A stretch of DNA of 64,000 bases. Origin: Flavobacteriales bacterium UBA952 (GTDB lineage Bacteria; Bacteroidota; Bacteroidia; Flavobacteriales_D; Crocinitomicaceae). The position numbers and the translations under genes are program-made. Position 1 is the first letter of the stretch. Every line of letters begins with the position of its first letter. The notes under the pieces are model-generated. The model was given only the letters and a program-made list of their open reading frames with translations, was not told where the DNA came from and did not search any database. Location of the stretch: positions 101,536 to 165,535 of the forward strand of contig CAJJBU010000004.1 of assembly GCA_905182495.1 (NCBI GenBank), in the 5' to 3' direction. Shown here piece after piece: positions 26,336-36,479 of this stretch.

Positions 26336-28816
26336 TTATAGGGGGTCTACGTCGATTACAACTCTAACTTTTTTAAATTCAGCATTAGAATAAAAAACAT
26401 CAATAAGAGATTTTATTTTTTGTTTGACTTTAAAATCCGGAGCGTCTTTTTCAATTTTAATTTTAATCGTCTTAAGGAATTTATTTCTTATTTTCTGAAC
26501 AATAGGATATTCGGGACCAATAACTCTTTCCTTAAAAACAGATGTAAGTAGTTCTGCTAGATGCTGCGCTGACGAATCAATAGTATGAATATTCTCGTGC
26601 TTTAGCGTAATTGCAATTAACTTATAAAATGGAGGGTAGTGATAGTTTTTTCGCTCAATAATCTCATTCTCATAGAATTGAACATAATCATGCTGTCCTA
26701 CCAGTTGTAAAACCCAATGTTCAGGGTCGCCTGTTTGAACAATTACTCTGCCTTGTTTTCCTTGTCTCCCAGCCCTTCCAGCAACTTGAGACATCAATTG
26801 ATAGGAACGTTCGTATGCTCTAAAATCAGGGCGATTTAATAGCATATCCGCATCCAAGATACCTACCAGGTAGACATTGTCAAAATCAAGTCCTTTGGTA
26901 ACCATTTGCGTACCAATCAAAATATCAATCAATCCTTTGTCAAAATCATTTAAGATCATTTCATAAGCGTTCTTTGAACGTGTGGTATCTAAATCTAATC
27001 TTTTGATTACTTTGTCTTTAAAAATGAGACTCAGTTCATCTTCAATTTTCTCAGTCCCAAAGCCGATCATATTTAGTCTATTACTACCACAAGATGGGCA
27101 TGATCCAACCGGGTTTGTTGAAAAACCGCAATAATGGCATTTGAGTAGGTTTGCTTGTTTGTGGTAGGTAAGGGATACATCGCAGTGGTTGCATTTTGGA
27201 GTCCAACTGCATACCTCACATGACCAAAGAGGTGTATATCCTCGTCTATTTTGGAATAATATAATTTGTTCACCTCTTTTTAAAACCCCCTCCATTTCTT
27301 CTAATAAAAAATTAGAAAAGTGGGAATTCATGTTTTTTAGTTTACGTTCTCTTTTTAAATCTGAGAATAAAACCTCAGGCATTAACAAACCTTTATATCT
27401 TTCTTTTAGCGACACGAATCCGTATTTACCAGATTGTGCATTATAATAAGTTTCTAGGGATGGGGTGGCTGTACCCAGGAGAACTTTTGCCTCATGCATT
27501 CTTCCTAGCACAATCGCAGCATCTCTACCGTTATATCTCGGGGCGGGGTCGTATTGCTTAAACGAACTTTCATGTTCCTCATCAACAATAATCAATCCTA
27601 AATTTTGAAAAGGTAAAAACACAGAAGATCGGGCGCCAAGTATGATTCTAAATTCATGAGCGTCATCTTGTAAAACCTTGTTCCAGATCTCAATACGTTC
27701 GTTCTGATTAAATTTTGAATGATAGACACCTATTTTTTCACCGAAGTACTTTGACAATCGTTGGATTAGTTGTGTTGTCAATGCAATTTCGGGGAGTAAG
27801 AATAGAACTTGCTTACCCTGGTCAAGCTGGTCTTGAATCAATTGTACATAGATTTCCGTTTTACCAGATCCCGTCACCCCATGAAGGAGGGTTACGTTCT
27901 TTTCGAACATTGCACTTTGGAGTGATACCAGAGCTTCGTTTTGCGCTTTCGTTAATTCTTTGAAATCAGCATTATTCCCTTTATTAAGATGAATGCGGTC
28001 AATCTGAAAACGCTCAGCGATTAGAATCCCTTTTTTCTCTAGCGTAGTTAATGCTGAAGCACTGATTCCCTCGTCTAGAATAGTTTTTTTTTGGATTGGA
28101 AAATATCCTTGTTGTTCATGTCCCAATTGCACAATGTGCAGTAAAGCTTCTACTTGTTTTATATTACGTGGACTGCTTTCCAATTCCTCTAAAATAATAT
28201 TGAGGTTATTTTCAATCTGAAAATCTTCTTTAAGTACATAACATACTGAAGTCTTGGCTGAATATCTTTGTTTTATTTCTTCATTCGAGATTATAACTTT
28301 CCGGTCAATAAGCGTTTTTACGATGGGTTGTACGGTTTGTATAGAAAGAAATTCAGAGAGTTCTTTCAAGTTACAAGAGCCTTTTACTTCAAGATAGTCT
28401 ACAATTTGATCTTCACGACCATTGAGTTGATCAAGCGCTGCGTCGAATTCTGGGTGCAAAGAAATATTAGTTTCACTCCCAAGCTTGAAGTTTGCAGGAA
28501 GCGCTGCGTTCATGACTTCACCTATTGCGGCCATGTAATATTGGGCGACCCACTTCCAAAACTTGAGCTGTTCAAGCGTAACTATAGGTTGGTCGTCTAA
28601 TACCGCTTCAATATATTTTGATTGGTATTCTTTTGGTACACTTTCATGAACATTTACAACGATAGCAGTATGTAGTTTGTTTTTCCCAAAAGGAACGATA
28701 ACTCTTAAACCGACAGCAACTTGATCATTCATTTCGAATGGAATCCTGTAGGTGAAAGCCCTATGAATGGGTACGGGCAAAATCACATCAGCAAATAAAG
28801 TAAGCCGATTAGACAT
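26336..28816 (-). CDS. priA: primosomal protein N' (replication restart helicase PriA)
   Basis: Walker A GVTGSGKTE, DEEH box IIVDEEHE, a Cys-rich zinc-binding insert (CEVCSW...CNHCD...CHYCG...CPSCGS) and AGRAGR. Confidence 0.9.
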   Translation of the reverse strand: MSNRLTLFADVILPVPIHRAFTYRIPFEMNDQVAVGLRVIVPFGKNKLHTAIVVNVHESVPKEYQSKYIEAVLDDQPIVTLEQLKFWKWVAQYYMAAIGEVMNAALPANFKLGSETNISLHPEFDAALDQLNGREDQIVDYLEVKGSCNLKELSEFLSIQTVQPIVKTLIDRKVIISNEEIKQRYSAKTSVCYVLKEDFQIENNLNIILEELESSPRNIKQVEALLHIVQLGHEQQGYFPIQKKTILDEGISASALTTLEKKGILIAERFQIDRIHLNKGNNADFKELTKAQNEALVSLQSAMFEKNVTLLHGVTGSGKTEIYVQLIQDQLDQGKQVLFLLPEIALTTQLIQRLSKYFGEKIGVYHSKFNQNERIEIWNKVLQDDAHEFRIILGARSSVFLPFQNLGLIIVDEEHESSFKQYDPAPRYNGRDAAIVLGRMHEAKVLLGTATPSLETYYNAQSGKYGFVSLKERYKGLLMPEVLFSDLKRERKLKNMNSHFSNFLLEEMEGVLKRGEQIILFQNRRGYTPLWSCEVCSWTPKCNHCDVSLTYHKQANLLKCHYCGFSTNPVGSCPSCGSNRLNMIGFGTEKIEDELSLIFKDKVIKRLDLDTTRSKNAYEMILNDFDKGLIDILIGTQMVTKGLDFDNVYLVGILDADMLLNRPDFRAYERSYQLMSQVAGRAGRQGKQGRVIVQTGDPEHWVLQLVGQHDYVQFYENEIIERKNYHYPPFYKLIAITLKHENIHTIDSSAQHLAELLTSVFKERVIGPEYPIVQKIRNKFLKTIKIKIEKDAPDFKVKQKIKSLIDVFYSNAEFKKVRVVIDVDPL

Positions 28817-28835
28817 GAGATGTGGTTAAAGTAAT

Positions 28836-29984
28836 TTAGTTACAGGCAAAGGTCTCTTCGTTCCCAAAGATATTATCCGCGGGATGCTTTGAACAGAATC
28901 TTAATAACCCTGTAATAGGACCTTCGCAAAGCTCTCGTGTACTTTTCTTATCAATAGCTCTAATGAAGGCTTGTTGAGGAGAAATGTAGAATGGTTTATA
29001 TGTCTTGATCGTTTGTCTTGATGAGAAAATACCAATGACTCTGTAACCATTCGTCACATCCAGGTTCGTATAGGTCGGTTTGTTTTGCGCTAAAGAGCTA
29101 GAGGGTTGATTCACTAAAATATAATTATTGAGATCTTCCGAACCACCGGTAACGGTGACTTCAAAGCCAAGAAAGTTTCGTTGGTCAATTAGCGCATCAT
29201 CTGTCACGTTGTTTTCTACCAGATTATAGAATGTTTGTCCATTGGCAGAGAATGTCTTTGGTGAATTGGGTAGTACGTCACTTTCACCAATTTGCCATTC
29301 TATTGTCTTGGATATCGCATCTAGTCCAATATACTCAGCGATGTTTACACCGATATTAACATTGACTACGTGGGCGTTTCCCGAATTTGATATCGTTACG
29401 CTTGTTGATTTATATTCTCCAGGATTGCTCGCGAATTTAAATGTGAAATTTTGAGACGTCGCAGTCGTTGTGATGCCATTGACTAGAGACGTTGTTGACG
29501 AAACTTCAAACTGTCCTGAATTAATTACGGCCTTTAATCGGTATTCGTATTCAGGGTTTAACGATGTTAGCATTGGATTAGGTGAGGTTTGAATAGTTCC
29601 AAATGCACCTGAGCTTGACGTCGTTGTGGGTAAAGTCTGGAAATAGTATACCTTCTGGTTTGGTGCGTAAAAAAGTCCGTTGGTGTCTTTGTTCTCAATA
29701 GTAGTGTCTCTTAAAATCCAAGTTCGTACAATATTATTCCCATCTAATTCTTCAATAGTTGCATCTACGGTATTAAAGTAGCTTGAATCTTCAATTTGAG
29801 CAATTTCAACAGCATTTCCCGGGCCTATAAAAGCACGCGTAATCTTAACATAATGCAATGAGTCTGAATGGTCTAACAAACCATAAACTACAGCGGTTTC
29901 TTTAAAATCTCCAATTAAGTCAATTTTTTCGCTGCAACTAAAAAGAATGCAGAGGGTTCCAACTGCACAAATGAATCTTATCAT
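28836..29984 (-). CDS. hypothetical lipoprotein
   Basis: Lipobox (LCILFSCSEK) and beta-rich sequence. The C-terminus carries CEGPITGLLRFCSKHPADNIFGNEETFAC. The ATGA overlap with the upstream FKBP gene suggests co-translation. Family not recognised. Confidence 0.55.
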   Translation of the reverse strand: MIRFICAVGTLCILFSCSEKIDLIGDFKETAVVYGLLDHSDSLHYVKITRAFIGPGNAVEIAQIEDSSYFNTVDATIEELDGNNIVRTWILRDTTIENKDTNGLFYAPNQKVYYFQTLPTTTSSSGAFGTIQTSPNPMLTSLNPEYEYRLKAVINSGQFEVSSTTSLVNGITTTATSQNFTFKFASNPGEYKSTSVTISNSGNAHVVNVNIGVNIAEYIGLDAISKTIEWQIGESDVLPNSPKTFSANGQTFYNLVENNVTDDALIDQRNFLGFEVTVTGGSEDLNNYILVNQPSSSLAQNKPTYTNLDVTNGYRVIGIFSSRQTIKTYKPFYISPQQAFIRAIDKKSTRELCEGPITGLLRFCSKHPADNIFGNEETFACN

Positions 29985-30934
29985 GGGCTTAAAATTTCCA
30001 AAAGTTCTACTTCAAATATAAGAAGACTATATGGTTTTATACCACTCCTAGGGTCAGGGTTCGCCCCATAAGCCAATTCGTGTGGGATGTAGAATTTAAA
30101 TTTAGAACCAGCCTTCATCAATTGTATGCCTTCAGTCCAACCGGGGATAACCTGATTCAAAAAGAATTCTGAAGCCTGTCCACGGTCATATGAACTGTCA
30201 AAAGTTTCTCCTGAAAGCAAAGTGCCTTTATAATTTACTTTAACTTGAGCGCCTGCTGAAGGATTCTTTCCTTTTCCTTTTTTGAGGACCTTGTATTGAA
30301 GACCAGATGGTGTTTGTTGAACTCCTTTTTTGTTTTTATTTTCTTTTAAAAATTCACGTCCTTCTCGCTGAAATTGTTCAATGGTAACATTATATCTAAT
30401 TCCTATTTCTGATTTAAGTGAAGCGAATAAAATGTTCACACTATTCGTGTCGTCAAGAAAGACATCTTTCAGGTTAAAACCATCTTTAAGACCCAAATAA
30501 GTGTATTTGAAATCGACCAAGTCTAGTGCGTTAAGACTACCGAAGTTATTGTAAAATTCCATTCTATTTAAGGAGCCTACACATGCCGCACATTCCTTAA
30601 GGAAACTTTTGTTTTTTCGTAAGTCTGATGACGAAAGAAAAGACTGTATTTTCATTTCACAACTGTCGAGTGCCATATTACTTGTGGAGTCTTGAAACCC
30701 AATTAAGATCTCCTCCTTTTCTAGAAGCGAAAAAATACTATCCGATATAAACGGCTTAGACATCTCAAATCCAAGAACATAGGATATACTATCCAACTCT
30801 GAGTTTAAAGAAACATCACTGCTTGAATAAATTATATCATTAGCAATCGTTTTGACTTTTTTACTAGATTGTGCGATATCATCTCCACATGACATCAAGA
30901 TTAGGCCAATTATTATTGAAATCCCTCTGGTCAT
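29981..30934 (-). CDS. FKBP-type peptidyl-prolyl cis-trans isomerase (lipoprotein, long N-terminal domain)
   Basis: Lipobox LILMSCGDD and a C-terminal FKBP domain (GLQYKVLKKG...VKVNYKGTLLSGETFDSSYDRG...VIPGWTEGIQLMKAGSKFKFYIPHELAYG). Confidence 0.85.
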   Translation of the reverse strand: MTRGISIIIGLILMSCGDDIAQSSKKVKTIANDIIYSSSDVSLNSELDSISYVLGFEMSKPFISDSIFSLLEKEEILIGFQDSTSNMALDSCEMKIQSFLSSSDLRKNKSFLKECAACVGSLNRMEFYNNFGSLNALDLVDFKYTYLGLKDGFNLKDVFLDDTNSVNILFASLKSEIGIRYNVTIEQFQREGREFLKENKNKKGVQQTPSGLQYKVLKKGKGKNPSAGAQVKVNYKGTLLSGETFDSSYDRGQASEFFLNQVIPGWTEGIQLMKAGSKFKFYIPHELAYGANPDPRSGIKPYSLLIFEVELLEILSP

Positions 30935-31530
30935 TTGATTTCAATTAATTCAACGTCAAATATTAAAGCGCTATATGGTTGTATTGGTCCACCTGGGTGA
31001 GGATTTGCTCCGTATGCCAATTCTTGCGGGATGTATAATCTATATTTAGCCCCTACAGACATTAGTTGTAGTGCTTCTGTCCATCCTGGAATTACTTGGT
31101 TAACACCAAAGCTTGCCGGAGTTCCTCTTTCAACCGAACTATCAAAAACAGTCCCATCAATTAATGTACCGTGATAATGTACAGTAACCGTGTCAGAATC
31201 ACTTGGTTTTGATCCATTACCCTCTTCAGTTACTTCATATTGAAGGCCTGAATCAGTAGATAGAACTTCAGTTCTCTTTTTATTCTCTTCTAAAAAAGCA
31301 GTTCCTTTTTCTTTGTTGTCTCCAAAAGCGGCAGAATTAGCTTCTTCAAGAAATTCTTGAATTAATCCATTCGCCTCTTGAGGATTTATTTTCAATTCCT
31401 TTTCTTCGAAAACATCTTGAATCCCGTCTTTTAATAAATTAAGATCCAAGGATCCTAATTGTTGGCTTTTTAAACTTTCGGCAATACTCAATCCTACTGC
31501 GTAACTTACTTTGTCTTTTAATTCTTGCAT
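30931..31530 (-). CDS. FKBP-type peptidyl-prolyl cis-trans isomerase (FKBP_N plus FKBP_C)
   Basis: GLQYEVTEEG...VTVHYHGTLIDGTVFDSSVERG...VIPGWTEALQLMSVGAKYRLYIPQELAYG. It is a tandem paralogue of the next gene. Confidence 0.9.
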   Translation of the reverse strand: MQELKDKVSYAVGLSIAESLKSQQLGSLDLNLLKDGIQDVFEEKELKINPQEANGLIQEFLEEANSAAFGDNKEKGTAFLEENKKRTEVLSTDSGLQYEVTEEGNGSKPSDSDTVTVHYHGTLIDGTVFDSSVERGTPASFGVNQVIPGWTEALQLMSVGAKYRLYIPQELAYGANPHPGGPIQPYSALIFDVELIEIK

Positions 31531-31638
31531 TATTTTATTTTAAGAAGCACAAAGTTAAACAAAATTCGATGTTTAGCCACACAAAATCTATTGCAATTGA
31601 CATTGTAACCCTATGTCTTTTATTGCGTAAATTAGCTT

Positions 31639-32115
31639 ATGAAAAAGGAGCATTCATTTTCTTATGAAATCTATTCTGATTGGAGTGATTTAGCGATTGA
31701 AGACCAGGTATTGGTGGACCGAGCCTATGAGGCTATGGAATCTGCTTATGCGCCCTACAGTAAATTTAGGGTAGGCGCCTCAGCGCGACTAGATAATGAC
31801 ACGATCGTTACGGGAAGTAATCAGGAAAACTCCGCATATCCATCAGGCTTGTGTGCAGAGAGAGTCGCTTTGTTTCATGTTGGTGCAAGCTACCCAAAAC
31901 AATCCGTGCAAACTTTGTGTGTAGTTGCTAAAGGAGATTTAATACCTGTTGAAAAACTGTTGTCTCCTTGTGGAGCTTGCCGCCAGGTGATGCTCGAGAC
32001 GGAAAATAGGCAGACAAATAAAATTAAAGTAATCATCGTAAATCAAGACCGCAGAGCCTTGGTTTTATCTAGCGTTATCGACCTCTTGCCATTTGGATTT
32101 AGCGCAGGTCATTAA
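31639..32115 (+). CDS. cdd: cytidine deaminase
   Basis: Zinc-binding motifs CAERVAL and PCGACRQ. At 158 aa it fits the homotetrameric class. Confidence 0.9.
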   Translation: MKKEHSFSYEIYSDWSDLAIEDQVLVDRAYEAMESAYAPYSKFRVGASARLDNDTIVTGSNQENSAYPSGLCAERVALFHVGASYPKQSVQTLCVVAKGDLIPVEKLLSPCGACRQVMLETENRQTNKIKVIIVNQDRRALVLSSVIDLLPFGFSAGH

Positions 32116-32177
32116 TTCCTTCTTCTATTAGGTTTTGGCTTTGTTCGTGACTATCTTTGCTTACTCAAATTTTAGTT

Positions 32178-32723
32178 ATGATCAATTGGTTTACAGTTAA
32201 GTTAAAATACACAAAACAGCTAGAAGACGGCACGCTTAAGAGGGTTACTGAGCCCTATTTATTGGCGGGAATGACCTTTACAGATGTTGAAGCAAGAATC
32301 TATGAAGAGTTAGGTAGCAGTATAAGGGGTGAATTTTTAGTCACCGGAATTGCCCGAACAGATATTCATGAAATTTTCTCTATTGACGGTTCAAATGTTT
32401 GGTATAAGTGCAAAATCTCATACGAAAGCGCGGACGCTGATGGAGGGAAGAATAAAAAGATTACCCAACTCATTTTGGTGGAGGCTGGTAATGTTAAAGA
32501 AGCTTATGATAATCTTTCAGAAAAGATGTCGAATTTAATGGTTGATTATAAAGTTATTTCTGTCTCAGAATCTCCTATAATTGAAGTTTTCTATCCTAAT
32601 GAGAGCTCAAAAAGAGTTGAACCTTCAGAGAATGAGTCAGCTCCTAAGGGGATGGTTCCTAATACAGAGTTCCATTCTAATTCTGAAACAAGCGTTGTGG
32701 ACGAATACGACACTAATGAGTAA
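32178..32723 (+). CDS. DUF4494 domain-containing protein
   Basis: WFTVKLKYTKQLEDGTLKRVTEPYLLAGMTFTDVEARIYEELG matches my recollection of the Bacteroidota DUF4494 family. I prefer the ATG at 32178 to the TTG at 32157. Confidence 0.6.
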   Translation: MINWFTVKLKYTKQLEDGTLKRVTEPYLLAGMTFTDVEARIYEELGSSIRGEFLVTGIARTDIHEIFSIDGSNVWYKCKISYESADADGGKNKKITQLILVEAGNVKEAYDNLSEKMSNLMVDYKVISVSESPIIEVFYPNESSKRVEPSENESAPKGMVPNTEFHSNSETSVVDEYDTNE

Positions 32724-33363
32724 AAACCTCGACCGTCTTCGTGATGAGCATAAGGATTTTGATTTGAATTCGCTAAGTGATTCATTTGCAAGTGATCCGT
32801 TTAGTGCTTTTCAGGAGTGGTTTGATATGGCCTGTCAATCAGAGCAACCTGAACCAAATGCGATGGTGCATTCTACGGTTGATAAGCATACTATGCAGCC
32901 TTCAAGTAGGGTGGTTTATCTCAAGGAGCTGCGCAAACAAGAGTTTGTTTTTTATACAAATTATCAAAGTGATAAGGCGCTAGAAATGGAAGGGAACCCT
33001 AATGTGAGTTTGCTTTTTTTCTGGCCAGGTTTACAAAGGCAAATAAGAGTACAAGGTATTGTTACGAAAATCGACTCTAAAGAGAGTGATGCTTATTTTG
33101 AATCAAGGCCTCGTTCAAGCCAAATAGGTGCATGGGTATCTGAGCAATCGAGAGTATTGAATTCAAGGAGAGATCTAGAGCAGAAAAGTATAGAAATAAG
33201 TAAAGTATTTCCCGAAAAAGTTGAAAGACCTGAGTTTTGGGGCGGATACGCGGTTTCTCCAGTTAAATTTGAGTTTTGGCAAGGACGTCCATCCAGACTC
33301 CACGACCGAATTGTTTTTGAGCGCGCTTCGGATGTTTGGAATTCTTATAGAATTAATCCTTAA
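32716..33363 (+). CDS. pdxH: pyridoxamine 5'-phosphate oxidase
   Basis: RVVYLKELRKQEFVFYTNYQSDKA, QIRVQG, FWQGRPSRLHDR and a C-terminal ...RINP. The real start is the ATG at 32716 (MSKNLDRL...). The track extension to 32581 overlaps the previous gene. Confidence 0.9.
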   Translation: MSKNLDRLRDEHKDFDLNSLSDSFASDPFSAFQEWFDMACQSEQPEPNAMVHSTVDKHTMQPSSRVVYLKELRKQEFVFYTNYQSDKALEMEGNPNVSLLFFWPGLQRQIRVQGIVTKIDSKESDAYFESRPRSSQIGAWVSEQSRVLNSRRDLEQKSIEISKVFPEKVERPEFWGGYAVSPVKFEFWQGRPSRLHDRIVFERASDVWNSYRINP

Positions 33364-33366
33364 TAA

Positions 33367-34596
33367 ATGGAACCTACTTGCATTTCTTATGAAAGCGGTT
33401 TGAAATTGGTTTATCTTCATAAACCGAGTGCTGTTGCACATATTGGATTTTTTTATCGCGCGGGTAGCCGTTTTGAAAATAAGGATCAGACAGGGTTGGC
33501 TCATTTTCTCGAACACTGTGTATTTAAAGGCACGAAGAAAAGGAGTGGTATTCAAACTATTTCAAGAATTGATGAGGTAGGTGGAGAGCTAAATGCATAT
33601 ACGGCCAAAGAGGAGTTGTGCTTGCACGCATCGTTCCCAAAAGAGCATACAAAAAGGGCCATTGAATTATTATCGGATATTTCTGTCAATCCAGTTTTTA
33701 CAAAAAAGGAAGTAGAAAAGGAGAAAGAAATTATCATTGATGAAATCAATTCATACCTGGATAGTCCTTATGATAAGATTTTTGATGATTTTGAAGAGGA
33801 GCTTTTTAAAGGTCATGCCCTAGGAAACAATATTCTTGGTGTGAAAAAGGGGCTTAAAAACTTATCAAAAAAGGATTTAGACCTCTTTGTTAAAAATTTT
33901 TTCACAAAAAACAATTTGGTTGTTTCCTTCGTAGGAGATATTTCAATGAACTCAATTGAAAAGTTATTGAAAACATACCTTGTCGAAATGCCAGATCAGG
34001 GGATAAAAATTGATGTTGATCCTTTTACGGGTTACAAACCATTTAATATAAAGCGTAAAGAGGCAAATTACCAAGCGCATCTTGTCTTAGGAGGTATGGC
34101 CCCAAGCTACAGTGATGACAATAGGACCGTTATGGCTCTGTTAATGAATATTTTAGGTGGTCCAGCCATGAATTCCACTTTGAACATTAGTCTTCGCGAA
34201 CGTCACGTGTTGGCATACAGTATAGAGGCCAATTACGTTCCATATGCTGATGTCGGGTTCTGGCAAGTTTATGTGGGCTGTGAATCAAAGAATATAAATA
34301 AGTCAATCAGGTTAATTAAAAAAGAGCTGAATCGCATTTTGAAGAAACCCATTAGTGCTGCACGTCTCAAAATGGCAAAGCAACAATTTAAAGGTCAATT
34401 GGCCTTGGGTATGGATGTCAACTCTGGCTTAATGCACAGTCTCGGTAAAAGTCTGTTGGCATTCGGTCAAATTGATACGATTGAAGATATTCACAATAGT
34501 ATTGATGAAATATCATCTAAGGATTTACAAGAAATAGGACTTAAATATATGGGGGAAACGCATATTTCCACCTTGATATTTGATTTGAAAGATTAA
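33367..34596 (+). CDS. M16-family (pitrilysin/insulinase-like) zinc peptidase
   Basis: Inverted zinc motif HFLEH in GLAHFLEHCVFKGT, with a downstream E in EKEIIIDEI. Confidence 0.85.
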   Translation: MEPTCISYESGLKLVYLHKPSAVAHIGFFYRAGSRFENKDQTGLAHFLEHCVFKGTKKRSGIQTISRIDEVGGELNAYTAKEELCLHASFPKEHTKRAIELLSDISVNPVFTKKEVEKEKEIIIDEINSYLDSPYDKIFDDFEEELFKGHALGNNILGVKKGLKNLSKKDLDLFVKNFFTKNNLVVSFVGDISMNSIEKLLKTYLVEMPDQGIKIDVDPFTGYKPFNIKRKEANYQAHLVLGGMAPSYSDDNRTVMALLMNILGGPAMNSTLNISLRERHVLAYSIEANYVPYADVGFWQVYVGCESKNINKSIRLIKKELNRILKKPISAARLKMAKQQFKGQLALGMDVNSGLMHSLGKSLLAFGQIDTIEDIHNSIDEISSKDLQEIGLKYMGETHISTLIFDLKD

Positions 34597-35255
34597 TTTC
34601 TAGCGCCAAAAATAGTACTGCCAATTCTAATCATGTTGCTGCCTTCATCAATGGCTACTTTATAATCACCGCTCATCCCCATCGATATGACATCAAAGGA
34701 ATCTTCTCTCGAGAAAAAATCATTCTTAAGGCTCATATGAATATTGTTTAGGGTCTTAAATTCGTTTCGTATTTTTTCTTGATTGCTTGTAAAAGTTGCC
34801 ATTCCCATTACGCCCCTGATACATATGTTCTGAAGTTCTTTGTACGCATCTGATTCAATAATACCCGAGGCTTCTTCAAGTGATAAACCAAATTTCGATT
34901 CTTCATCGGCAATATAAAATTGTAAAAGTATATCAATGGTACGATTGTTCTTTGCGGCTTGTTTATTTATTTCCTTGAGGAGTCGAAGACTCTCCACACC
35001 GTGAATTAAGCTAACAAATGGCGCAATTGATTTCACTTTATTCCTTTGAAGATGTCCAATAAAATGCCATTGAATTTCTTTAGAAAGTAATTCTGATTTA
35101 GAGACCATTTCCTGCACCTTGTTTTCACCAAATACGCGTTGCCCTGTATCGAATGCAATTTTTAAATCTTCAATGGGCTTGGTCTTAGATACAGCCACGA
35201 GCACTACGTTTTCAGGTAGTTCACCTTTAATATTCTCTATATTTTTAGCAATCAT
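34593..35255 (-). CDS. yggS: YggS-family pyridoxal-phosphate homeostasis protein
   Basis: VAVSKTKP (PLP Lys), FGENKVQE, HFIGHLQRNKVK and MGMSGD. Confidence 0.9.
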   Translation of the reverse strand: MIAKNIENIKGELPENVVLVAVSKTKPIEDLKIAFDTGQRVFGENKVQEMVSKSELLSKEIQWHFIGHLQRNKVKSIAPFVSLIHGVESLRLLKEINKQAAKNNRTIDILLQFYIADEESKFGLSLEEASGIIESDAYKELQNICIRGVMGMATFTSNQEKIRNEFKTLNNIHMSLKNDFFSREDSFDVISMGMSGDYKVAIDEGSNMIRIGSTIFGARN

Positions 35256-36475
35256 TCATGTATGTTGTAAATGGTCAATCCACTGCGGAGTTTGGGCTCA
35301 ACCCATGTCGATTTCGGCGGCATGTATAAGCCTTCATCTGCAACGGCCTTTATTTGTTCAATGCTTGAGGGATAAAGCATGAATCCAAGTTTGTATTTCT
35401 TTTTTTTCAATTCGAGTTCAAACGACATTGCATTGAAGGTGCCTGGAAGAAAATCAACATCAACACTAGTCTTCAAATCTTCTATTCCTAATATTGGTTT
35501 TAAGATGAGCTCAGTCAATAAATTAGAATCAAGACTTTTTACTGGATGTTTAGTATCGATCAATTCGGGGTTGATTTCAAGTGAATACCAACCATTCTCA
35601 ATATAAAAATTCAGAACGTGATTTTTTTCAGGAGCGACACCTTTCATTATTTTTTTTACGGTTCCCAATTTTTTCAAATGGTCGATAAACGCAATTGGAG
35701 TGAGATTGTTTAATGACTTTATTAGCCTATTAAAGGCCATTATATTTAGCTGACTTTCTTCGACAAAGTAAGCCAAGAAATATTTTGCTTTTGGTAACAA
35801 CGATCCTTTATTAGTAAATAAAGCCGCGGATGATGCTGATCGATGGTGTCCATCCGCAATATAAACATCATTAATACCCTTGAAGCATGTTTGTAAATCA
35901 TCTGATTGCTCAATAGAAAGCACCCATAATTCATGTTTAACTAGGTCTGTAGTCGTAAATTCGTATTCAGGACGCTCCTTAATTAATTCCCTCAATTTAG
36001 TTTCTGTATTTTCAGTTCCTTTATAGGAAAGCAATACCGGTTCTGCATTGTAACCAACAATGTCAAGGTATCTAGTGAAAATGGCCTCTCTAGTGCTTAG
36101 GGTGGCTTCGTGTATTTTTATCTTTTTTTGAAGATATTCAGCGACGCTAGCTCCAGCTATTACACCAATACATGTATTTGTATTGCTGGATTGTCTGTAT
36201 AAGTAGAGACGTTCTGACTCTTCATTAATTAAAATACCTTTGTTAATGAAGTCCCGATATCGGTCTTTGACCATTTCAAATCTCTTGTTGGAATTCGGTT
36301 TTGTTTTGATTGGATTTCCAAACTCAGGATTAATGATCCTCAAAAATGTATATGGGTTATCTTCTAGTTTAGCGTTTAAAACATTCTTTTTATAAGAATA
36401 ATAGGGTCTTGTCGCGACTAAGTGAACTTTATCTCGAACGGGTCTAAGTGCTTTAAATTTAGCTATGTTGGCCAT
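35252..36475 (-). CDS. DUF1015 domain-containing protein
   Basis: The N-terminus (IAKFKALRPVRDKVHLVATRPYYSY), ...YIADGHHRSAS... and a length of 407 aa fit DUF1015. Confidence 0.7.
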   Translation of the reverse strand: MANIAKFKALRPVRDKVHLVATRPYYSYKKNVLNAKLEDNPYTFLRIINPEFGNPIKTKPNSNKRFEMVKDRYRDFINKGILINEESERLYLYRQSSNTNTCIGVIAGASVAEYLQKKIKIHEATLSTREAIFTRYLDIVGYNAEPVLLSYKGTENTETKLRELIKERPEYEFTTTDLVKHELWVLSIEQSDDLQTCFKGINDVYIADGHHRSASSAALFTNKGSLLPKAKYFLAYFVEESQLNIMAFNRLIKSLNNLTPIAFIDHLKKLGTVKKIMKGVAPEKNHVLNFYIENGWYSLEINPELIDTKHPVKSLDSNLLTELILKPILGIEDLKTSVDVDFLPGTFNAMSFELELKKKKYKLGFMLYPSSIEQIKAVADEGLYMPPKSTWVEPKLRSGLTIYNIHE

Positions 36476-36479
36476 AGAA

